41,897 nucleotides of DNA from Rhizaria sp. SCN 62-66. Lineage: Eukaryota. Made by a program: the position numbers and the translations under genes. Below, piece by piece: positions 1-8,900 of this stretch (the stretch's first letter is position 1; every line of letters begins with the position of its first letter). The notes below the pieces were generated by a model. The model saw only the letters and a program-made list of their open reading frames with translations, had not been told where the DNA came from and ran no database searches. The stretch is from NCBI GenBank assembly GCA_001724265.1, contig MEDY01000271.1, positions 1 through 41,897 on the forward strand. The letters are read 5' to 3'.

Positions 1-1852
1 CGCGGGCCGACTCGGCGCCCGCCAGCGAGGCGCGCACGCCCGCGAGCTCCTGCGCGTGCGCGTGCGCGGCGGCGGCGGCGGCGGCGGCGACCGCGGCGGC
101 GTCGGCGCGTGCGGCGGCCGTGGCGGCGGCGAGCGCGTCGTAGGCCTGCGCGGCGGCGTCCAGCTCCGCCAGCAACGCGGCCTCGCGGTCCGCCAGCGCG
201 GCGGCGCGGGCCTGCGCAGCGTCGGCCGCGGCGGACTGCGCAGAAAGCTGCGTCGACAGCTCGTCGATGGTGCGCGCCTGCGCCGCGATGGTCGCCGCGT
301 GCGCCGAGGTCACCGCAGCGGACTGCATCACCGCGCCGGACGCCGCGGACGTAGAGGGCGGTGCGCCGGGCGTCGCGGTGACCGCGGCGGCGGCGGCGCT
401 GCTCGCGACGGGCGCGGTGCGGGACAGAGCCGCGGTGGACGCGGGCGTCGCCGTTGCCGCCGCTGCGGCCGTGGTGGCGGCTGACGGCGCGGAGAGCGAG
501 GTCGCGAGGCCGTGGCTGTCAGCGAACTGCGCGGCGGCAGCGACGGCGGACTCGGAATCGTTGGCTCTCACACCGCCGGCGCTCGACACAGCGCTCGCCG
601 CGGCGCTCGGTGCGGGCGTGTTGCTCAGCGGCTTCACGGGGCACAACCGGTTGTTCTGCTGCAGCAGCAGCGGCGCCGGCGCGGGGACCGCGGCGGGCTG
701 CGCAGCAACAGCAGTTTGACTGTGGGCAATGTCGCGCTCCAGATCGTCGATGGCGGCGTCAACTTCGTCGAGCTCGCTCTGCGCCGCAACAAACTGCTGT
801 TGTTGCTGTTGCTGTGCTTGTTGCTGTTGAAATTGCTGGAACTGCTGGAACTGCTGCAGAGCCAACGCCTGAGGCTGGGACTGCGGCAGCAACTGTGCGG
901 CGGCGGCGGCTGGGCCCGCAGTGGGCACGTACAGACTCGCGGGCGGCGACGGCAGCGCGCCGGGGGCCAGCGCAAAGCCCGCAGCGGCGCCGTACTGGGC
1001 ATGCGCAGGCGCGACCGCAGCAGCAGCGGGGTAGACGTGCGCCTGCGCGTGAGAGTGAGCGGGCACTGCAGGGGCGTAGCTGGACGCAGGCGAGAAGGGC
1101 GGCGCCACACTGTGCGGGTGACGCGGCGCCTGCTGCAGTAGCTGCTGCTGTTGCTGCTGCATGAGCGCCAGCTGGTTCTGCTGCTGCTGCGGCGGCGCCT
1201 GGGGGAAGGGGTACTGCATCTGCTGCAGCTGGTGCTGGTGAAGCGCCTGCTGCTGCTGGCGCAGCGCGGCCGTGTACTCAGCCGACTGCGTTAACAGCTC
1301 CCACGGCGCCGCGTGCGCCTGCGCGTGCTGCGCCGAACCGTATGAGTGCGCGGGGGACATGAGTGAGGCCAGCGAGGCCGCGCCCGACGCCGCCGCCGCG
1401 GCCGACGCGGGGGGCGCGATGCCGGCGAGGGAGGCCGAGTTGTGGGCCAGCCGCGGGGAGGCGTGCAGCGAGGCGTAGTAGCTCGCTCTCGCGGCGGTCG
1501 TCGGTGCAGCGGGCAGCGAAAGTGGGGACGTCAGCGCAGCGGCGGCGGCGGCGGGCGAGGTCAAGTAAGCCTGCTCCTGCGGGAGGCCGTGGGCGCTGGC
1601 GTGGTACGCAGCGGCCTCGGCGTCGTCCTCGGGCGCGTAGTCGGCGTACTCGTCGAAGTTGAGCTGCGCGGGCACAGCGCTGGCAGCGGAGCGCGGGGCG
1701 CGAGAGGACGTGGGGCCGCGCGCGGATCGGGGCTTTTCCTGGGACGACTGGCGCGCTGCGGCAGCGGAGGCGGTGGCAGCGGCTGCGGCGCGGCTCGCAG
1801 TCGTCGACCGTGCATGCAGCGGCGCAGGGGCCGCGCGGGGACGACTGCTCAT
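1..1852 (-). CDS. Gln/Ala-rich probable coiled-coil protein, 3'-truncated by the window edge
   Basis: Not in the ORF track because it has no stop inside the window. Manual translation from ATG at 1852 (MSSRPRAAPAPLHARS...QLNFDEYADY...LQQFQQFQQFQQQQAQQQQQQQFVAAQSELDEVDAAIDDLERDIAHSQ...AQARTIDELSTQLSAQ...LAELDAAAQAYDAL) stays open to position 2. GC content falls sharply upstream of ~1855. Heptad-like segments are present. Confidence 0.8.
   Translation of the reverse strand, partial: MSSRPRAAPAPLHARSTTASRAAAAATASAAAARQSSQEKPRSARGPTSSRAPRSAASAVPAQLNFDEYADYAPEDDAEAAAYHASAHGLPQEQAYLTSPAAAAAALTSPLSLPAAPTTAARASYYASLHASPRLAHNSASLAGIAPPASAAAAASGAASLASLMSPAHSYGSAQHAQAHAAPWELLTQSAEYTAALRQQQQALHQHQLQQMQYPFPQAPPQQQQNQLALMQQQQQQLLQQAPRHPHSVAPPFSPASSYAPAVPAHSHAQAHVYPAAAAVAPAHAQYGAAAGFALAPGALPSPPASLYVPTAGPAAAAAQLLPQSQPQALALQQFQQFQQFQQQQAQQQQQQQFVAAQSELDEVDAAIDDLERDIAHSQTAVAAQPAAVPAPAPLLLQQNNRLCPVKPLSNTPAPSAAASAVSSAGGVRANDSESAVAAAAQFADSHGLATSLSAPSAATTAAAAATATPASTAALSRTAPVASSAAAAAVTATPGAPPSTSAASGAVMQSAAVTSAHAATIAAQARTIDELSTQLSAQSAAADAAQARAAALADREAALLAELDAAAQAYDALAAATAAARADAAAVAAAAAAAAHAHAQELAGVRASLAGAESAR
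794..856 (-). repeat. CAG/CAA-rich coding repeat (QQF x3 then poly-Q)
   Basis: Plus strand ctgctgttgttgctgttgctg...ctgctggaactgctggaactgctg. A second Q-rich tract lies at ~1130-1262. Confidence 0.8.
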
Positions 1853-2870
1853 GGCAGAGAGTATAAAGTTACGCGGGTACTATGTAGGGAAAAACGGGGC
1901 AGTTGTGGGGATCTATGGAGGCGCGAGACACAGAAGAAAGTGGTGTGAGGAAGATGCTTTGGAGAGGGTTCATGAAGGAGAGATGAAACCGAGCTCTGAT
2001 TCAAAAAGACTCAATGCAGTGCACGTGGAAATTAAATAGCAAGAATACAACAAGCCATATTAAATAATAACTCAGCGCAAACACCAATTGTTGTTGCGAC
2101 ATCTCTGCAGAGGTGCTTGAATTCAGGCTCTGAGTCTTCACTGAGGAGGGTTGAGACTGCAGTCCTCCCGTCACGCCACAAGGGTCTGACAAGTCAGGCG
2201 CCGTTGAGTGCGGACGAGCACAATTCAAGTTGATAGAACACACAAACAAACAAAAAACGAATACATGGGGGTGGAAGATAAACAAATGCGGTACCTCTAA
2301 GTGCAGAGCAGTACTGATTTGGTGTACGTATTGTATTAATGGAAGATATACGAATGATTGATTGGTTAGTTTTGAAGAGAAAACGGCAAGATGCTGGGAC
2401 ACGCAATCCCAGCGCTAGGTGGCAAACAGGCGTGCTCGTTCGTGGCGGCCGGCGCTAGAACCAGCGACGGAAACAACGACACGCGGGCAAAGGAGTAACA
2501 TGGTTACGTTTGCGTCCTTACGCAAACGCAAGAAAAACACATAAAATAAAAAGAACAAAATAGAGACGTACAAGAGTGTAAAAACGAAAAAAAACGGTGG
2601 TTACGTTGATGGCGGTATCGCCGGAGTTCGCTGAAAGCCTGTTGCTGTCGCAGAGAGTGATCAGCTGCCTGACTGGCGTCGTTTTCGGTATCGCAATCGC
2701 AGTACGCTAACTCGCGTCGAGCAGCTTCCTTCTCTGACAGCGCACATGCATGTGGCATGTGGCGTCAAGAGTCAGTCAGCACACTATTCACAGAGTCAAG
2801 TCATACAGAGGAAGTCACACACGTCAAATCAAAAGCACAGTTAGTTAAACAAAGATGTCGCATAGAGCGC

Positions 2871-2900
2871 ACACACGGACACACACACACACATACACAC
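2871..2900. repeat. Imperfect (CA)n microsatellite downstream of the uridine kinase gene
   Basis: acacacggacacacacacacacatacacac. Confidence 0.8.
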
Positions 2901-3002
2901 CGACAGCAGCAAAGCCATCACCAGCGGTGGTCAGGCTTTCAGTTCACAGAAAACACTTATCACAGCTGAGCGTTGGCTGCGCATGCTGACTGCGCACAGC
3001 TC

Positions 3003-3037
3003 GCTGACTGTTGACTGCTGACTGCTTACTGCTTGCT
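3003..3037. repeat. Degenerate 7-mer tandem repeat (gctgact) x5 spanning the stop codon of the uridine kinase gene
   Basis: gctgact gttgact gctgact gcttact gcttgct. Confidence 0.7.
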
Positions 3038-4861
3038 ATCCTCGGCGGCGGGCGCGATGTAGGCGCCCGAGGGCGAGGCGCGGAGCGTGGGGACGTTGGG
3101 GACGCCGGGGCCCGTGCCAAAGTAGCGGTCGCCGAGGTAGCCGACGCCGGGCGTCACGAACATGTTGGCGTCGAGCCCCTCGTCGAGCCACGAGGTGACG
3201 ACGCGCATGCGCGGGAACGTCGTAGTGACCTTGTGCAGCCCCTCGGGCGCAGCGATGATGCAGCAGAAGACGATGTTCTCCTCGAGCACGCCGTGGTCGA
3301 GCAGCACCTGCACGGCCATGTTGACGGCGCCGCCCGTGGCCAGCACACCGTCGAAGAGGAACACCGTCGTGCCCGGCAGCGCGAGGTTCGCGGGCAGCTT
3401 GGCGTAGTAGAGCCGCGGGCCCAGCTCGAACTTGCGCGAGACAGACTGCTGGATGACGATCTTGCCGACGGGCACCTCGGGCAGCAGGTTGCGGACGGCC
3501 GACTCAAACACCTCGCCCGTGCGCACGATCGAGACCGTGGCGAGCGCGCCCGCGTGGTCAACGCCGTGGAAGGCGGCGCCAGTGGGCGTCGTCACCGTCA
3601 CCGGCGCGTGCGCCACGGTCGCCAGCGCCGCCGCCATGATGCGCTGCACGAGGCGCGAGAGGTTGAAGTTGAACTCGTCGAACTCGGTCGTCTGATCGCG
3701 CACCAGCGTGTGTAGCGCGCGCAGCGACCGCGTGGCGGGCATGACGGTCACGGTGGAGGGCAGCTGGGAGGGCAGCAACAGCTCGGGGCGCACGGGCGTC
3801 TGCGCGCGCTGCACAATGATGTGGTCCGTGTGGCGCTTCTCGAGGCGCGAGACGATGTGCTGCGTGAGCAGGTCGATGGCGACCTGGTTAGTCGCGTTCC
3901 ACGGCACGATGAGGTCGGCGAAGCGCTTGGTGGGGAGGATGAACTCCTCGAACGAGGGCTTGACGGTGCGCTGGTACTGGTCCAGCACGCCCTGCACCGA
4001 GCGGCCGCGCTCGCGGATGTCGCGCGAGATGCGGCGCGCGAGGCGCAGGTCCGAGTCAGTGTCAACGTAGATCTTGAGGTCCATGAGGTCGCGGATGCGC
4101 TTGTCGTAGAGGAGCAGGATGCCCTCAACGATGACGACGTCGACGCCGTACATGCGGTCCGTCTCGGCCAGGCGCGCGTGGGTGGAGAAGTCGTAGATGG
4201 GCACGTCGACAACCTTGCCCGTGCGCATCTCCGTCACCGTCTTAAACAGCTGGTCCATGTCGAAGGCGTTGGGGTGGTCGAAGTTGTAGTTGCCGGCGTG
4301 GGCCACAACCTGCTCTTCGGGCGTCAGCGAGCGGTAGAAGCGGTCCATCGACAGCAGCCCAACCCAGGGGATATCGAGCGAGTCGACGATGGCCTTGCAC
4401 ACGGACGTCTTGCCCGAGGCGGAGCCGCCGGTGACGCCGATGAAGAAGGGCGCGGCGCGCTGCCCGTTGGCGTCGTACCAGGGCGCGCGACCCACGGTCC
4501 AGCGCACCGACGAGCGCGCGTCAGAGCCGGGCGTCGCGGGGGCGCCCGCCAGCGCGGAGGCCACGGCCGCGCCCACCAGCGCGCCCGCGGGCGGGCCCGT
4601 GCGCAGGGTGGCGCCGTGGGGGCCGTGGCCGTGGGCGGCGTGGGGGTTGGCGGGACCAAGCGCAGGGGAGCCCGCGGCCGAGGCGGCGAGCGAGCGCGCG
4701 GCCGAGTGCGTCGGCAGACCCAGGTGGTCGGGCTGCAGCATGAGCGAGCCGCGGCCGGGCGGGCCCGTGACGCGGTCCGAGAGCGTGGCGTCGAGCGAGG
4801 CGCCGCCGTCGAGGTCGAGCGAGGCGGCGGGGAAGTCGGCGCTGTTGACGGCGCCGATCAT
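3026..4861 (-). CDS. UCKL1: Uridine-cytidine kinase with C-terminal UPRTase-like domain (UCKL1/Urk1 type), ~611 aa
   Basis: GRAPWY upstream motif, P-loop IGVTGGSASGKT, LSMDRFY, NFDHPNAFD, VPIYDFSTH, IVEGIL, IYVDTDSDLRLARRISRDIRERGR. UPRT-like domain with DGVLATGG and PGVGYLGDRYFGT. The track start at 4933 is GTG with an in-frame TGA at 4943-4945; the first in-frame ATG is 4861. Confidence 0.95.
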   Translation of the reverse strand: MIGAVNSADFPAASLDLDGGASLDATLSDRVTGPPGRGSLMLQPDHLGLPTHSAARSLAASAAGSPALGPANPHAAHGHGPHGATLRTGPPAGALVGAAVASALAGAPATPGSDARSSVRWTVGRAPWYDANGQRAAPFFIGVTGGSASGKTSVCKAIVDSLDIPWVGLLSMDRFYRSLTPEEQVVAHAGNYNFDHPNAFDMDQLFKTVTEMRTGKVVDVPIYDFSTHARLAETDRMYGVDVVIVEGILLLYDKRIRDLMDLKIYVDTDSDLRLARRISRDIRERGRSVQGVLDQYQRTVKPSFEEFILPTKRFADLIVPWNATNQVAIDLLTQHIVSRLEKRHTDHIIVQRAQTPVRPELLLPSQLPSTVTVMPATRSLRALHTLVRDQTTEFDEFNFNLSRLVQRIMAAALATVAHAPVTVTTPTGAAFHGVDHAGALATVSIVRTGEVFESAVRNLLPEVPVGKIVIQQSVSRKFELGPRLYYAKLPANLALPGTTVFLFDGVLATGGAVNMAVQVLLDHGVLEENIVFCCIIAAPEGLHKVTTTFPRMRVVTSWLDEGLDANMFVTPGVGYLGDRYFGTGPGVPNVPTLRASPSGAYIAPAAEDSKQ

Positions 4862-5941
4862 CGGGGAGCGAATCTTAGGAGCAAAGGTGTGCGTGGGGGC
4901 TGTATGCGGTGAAACAACGGGCAATGAAGGCACGCGTTGTGGTCAGATCCAGAGTGGGATTCACGCATGAATGATTTGGAGGCGCGGTGAGAGCGGTTTG
5001 GTGGGGAGCAGATTTCACCACGAAAAGATATCGGAGGGGGCGGAGTAGTGGAGAAAGCGGGAGTAGAGGCGACAGCAGGATGAGGGCTGGGACTAAACAA
5101 TCGGAATCGAATACTATCCTAGACGAAGGATTGTTTGTGTGAATCCCAGACTGATTCGGGGGGCCGCGAGGGGCGCAAACAGGGTGCAATGCCAACGGGC
5201 AGCCGGGGCGCTAGCATGCCTCGTGGGACGCGCAGATGCACTCCATAGAGGCACCGGCGCGCGCAGCTGCACATAAAAAGAAGCAGTTTCGCATTCTACA
5301 ACAAGTAGAAAACCGCCTCAAAATGCGAGCAGTGCGCGCTGCGTGTTGTTTTACCCCACAACTCCGGGATAGCGGAGCGTGGGGGCGGGACCGGGGGCCG
5401 AGGTCATCACAGAGTGGAAGATATGGCGCGAACCCGCCAGCGGGTCGAGTCATAAATATTCCACATGTTGCAAATAACAAATCTTAGTCAAACGTACCAG
5501 ACATCTTCCAAGCAGAGGCACACGAAGCCGCGTTGTCCACAATTCGCGTAGCTCAAGACGCGGTCCTCACCCGCTCGATCGGGTCGGTTGGCTCGCTCGG
5601 TCCGTCCGGCCTTCAAGCGACACGGAACTAAAAGGATTACTCACTAGGACAACTTGCTTGAGGCGTTACTCAACCTAGAAAATCACTCAAGTGCCTTCAA
5701 ACATCCGTTATTTGGAGCAACACCAAACATATGACTAAATGCGAATGTGTTACTTTTGGAAGTCTAATAGCCAACGTTATGGTTATCAAACAACTCTTAA
5801 GCCTGTTTCTTAGATCGACTGGTGTTCACCTCAAATCACGTTCTCTCCTTGTTCTTCCTTCCAGTAATCATCTATTGACCCAACAGGCGTGTCTTAAGTG
5901 TCCTCATTTCTGGTCTAGCTTTTTATTGCGCGTCTGCGTGC
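4862..5941. promoter_or_regulatory. Divergent (head-to-head) intergenic/promoter region
   Basis: Flanking genes point away from each other and GC is lower. GC-box-like GGGGGCGG at ~5036 and ~5381. Function inferred from position only. Confidence 0.5.
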
Positions 5942-8900
5942 ATGAGTGCGCCCGGCCCGGGTCCCGCGTCCCCGGCCGCCTTCGCGCCGGCGCCGCGGTC
6001 GCCCTCCCCTGATAACCGTTGGGCGCTTGACCCGTCCGCCGTGCTCGCTGCGGTGTCGCTCTCACACTGCCCGACGCCGCCGCCGCTGCCCGTGACGCCT
6101 CCGCACGCGGCCACGCCCCCGCACGAGCCCGTGTTTGCGGTGGACTTTGCTGCCGCACTGCTGGCGCCCGGGCTCGACCTCAATGAGCCGATGCAGCGCG
6201 CGACCCTCGCCGCGCTGCAGGCCGCGCCAGAGCCCTTCGCGCGTCCCCACGCCGCGCACCACCGCCGCGCCGCGGAACTCCGCCACGCCGCGCGCCCCAG
6301 CACCGCGCGCGCAGCCTCCACGCGCCCGGTTTCCTCGGCAGGCGGCTCGTCGGACGGCGCGCGGTCGAACGCGTACTATGCCAACAGGGCCACTGACGCT
6401 TCCACCAAGTCGCGCGCGCTCCCCGTGCCCGGCAGCCCCGCGCGGCCCACGGCGCCGCGGTCCACCGTGATGCGCCCGGCGCCGCCGCAGGGCGCGCCGG
6501 CGGCTGCGGGCAGGCCCGGCACGGCGCGGGCGGCGACGGCGACGCGGGCGGCGACTGCGACACGGGCTAAGGTGGTGCCAGCGGCTGCAGCTGCGGCAGC
6601 GTCTGAGACTGCGACGGAGACTGCGACGGCGACCTCAACTGCAACGCCGCGGAATATTGTGCCCCGCGCGAGGCCGGGCACCGCGCATGTGATGGCCTCT
6701 TCAGGAGGACATGGTAGCACCGCAGCGAAGTCCGGCGTGGCTCCAAATCTTCCTAAGAGCGCCGCTGCGAAGGGCGAGACCACAATGACGCCTCCGGTGG
6801 CTGCAGCGGCGATGGCCGCGATTTACGCATCAGCGCCCGCGGCGACGGCGACTGAGCTTAGCGCTGATCCTGATGCAGCTCCCGTTACTGTTAACAGCGC
6901 TGCCGTTACTGCTGATGATGATGATGTTACCACTGGGAATAGCAAGCCTAATGGGACCAACGACACGGCCAAGGCAGTTCCGACAACTGCGGCCGAGTCC
7001 GACAGCTGTGGTATTGCTGCCGCCGATAATGGCGCCGCTGTTACCGTTGCTGCGACAAACACGGACGGCTCTGCTGCAGCCGGCTCCACACATGAGCAAC
7101 AACCTGATGCATTGGTGGGTTCTGAGAAGCGAGCTGAGACTGGGCCGGCGACTGGGCAAGTCAGTGAGAGCGCGGCGATGGAGCAGCCCATTGCCTCTCT
7201 TTCCGAGCAGGCACAGCCCGAGACTGTAAATGCCTCTGATGATACAAGCACTGAAGAGAGCCCCGACGCTAAAACCATCACTGAGGCGAATGTCTTCGCC
7301 ACAGCCAACATCGCAATTGACGTCACCGGCGCATCTGAGCAGGGACCTTGCGCGACGCCGCCGCCCGATCCATGTGCTGGAGGCGCAGCTGCAAGTCCTG
7401 CGAAGCCCGCAGCGTTGGGAAGAGGCCCTCTGCAGCAGCTGCTCGAAGAGGTGCGTGACACGCAGTCCGCTGCTGTAGCCGAAAATTCCACTGCAGCAGT
7501 CGGACATGGTGTCACTGACGCGAATCTAAACTACATCAGCGAGTCGATTGACAGTGAAGACGCCGACAAGGGTCCTGACGCGTTCTCATTCACATCAATT
7601 CCGCATCCTTCCACCGCTCCGCCAAACCACATTCCTCTGCCGCAACCGCGGTCCAACTCTCCACTCTCAGCGCGCTCACCAGCGACCACATTCGGCGACG
7701 TTCCGCCCCCTGTGCGCCCCCTATCCGCGCGTCTGGCCTGCGCGCGCGACTATGACGCGCACCCGGCGCTGCAGGGCTCGGTGTTCGGCTCGGCGCGCCC
7801 GCCGCCGCTGGCCGTGGCGGCGCTCGCGGCCTCGCGTCTGTCCGCGCTCGCGGAGCACGGCGGCGGCGGCGTCGCCGCTGCGGTGGCGATCGGCGGTGCG
7901 GCGTCGCTCGAGGACGCGCGCGCGATGCTGTCGCCAGCGCTGTCGACGCACCCCGCCGTGCCCGTCTTCGAGCGCGCCGACGAGGGCGTGCCCGTGCTCG
8001 CCGCCGCGCACCTAGGCGGGCTCGCGGGCCGGCTCGCGCGCGGGGGCGGGCCTGGCGCGACGCGCGGATTTGCGGTCGACGGCGGCGGCGACGACGACGG
8101 CGAGGGCAACAACAGCTTTGCGCGCGGCGGCTCGTCAATGCCGCGCGTGAACAACAACAATCTCGCTCATGGCGACTCTCTGCCTGTGACCGCTGAGGGC
8201 GTGCCGTTTGTGCAGCTGCCGTCGCGCAAGCCGCGCGTGCCGCCAGCGTCCGCAGCGAGCGCGCACCCGCTGCCGTCCTGGCTGCGCGCGCGCGGCGCCG
8301 TGTCCGCGGGCCTGCTCTTCCCGTCGAACCCCAACCTGGGCTCCGGTACTGCGCTTGTGTCCGCGCACGCCCGCGCCGTCGCGGCGGCGATGCGCGCCTT
8401 TGCGCGCGCGCAGGGCGAGCGCGGGAACGCCGCTGTGGCGTGGGCTTCGACCACGGGGGCCGACGACGACGGCGCACACAGCGAGGAAGCTGAGCGCGCA
8501 GTGCGTCGCGACCGCCTCATGCGCGCAGTCGGCCGCGCTCGCTCGCAGTCACCGCGCCGCGGACGCCCCGCGAGTGCGATGACATCAGTATCCTCAAGCG
8601 CATTACGTGGGAACATCACTGTGCGCTCACACAGCGCGGAGCCGCCGCTGTCGCGGCAGCGGGCCGTGGAGGCTGCGCGCCAGCGCATCATGGCTGCGTC
8701 CGGTCCACCACAGGCGCCTGGGTTATTTTCGCACCTAAAAGAGCTCTCGCGCACCCTGCTGGGACTGGAACAGCACGCGCCGAGCTCGTACTACGGGGGC
8801 TCCATATTCGGCGGATCCAGCGCGCGCCACGTGAGCGTGGCGTTCACGTCCGTGTCCCCGCGGCCGACGCCCACCGACCCGCTGCCGGTGCACAACGTGC

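Noticed and set aside
4862..4968. GTG start at 4933, or an upstream ATG exon at 4968, for the uridine kinase
   Set aside because: GTG starts are not expected in this eukaryotic context, and the candidate donor and acceptor phases do not match. ATG 4861 was used.
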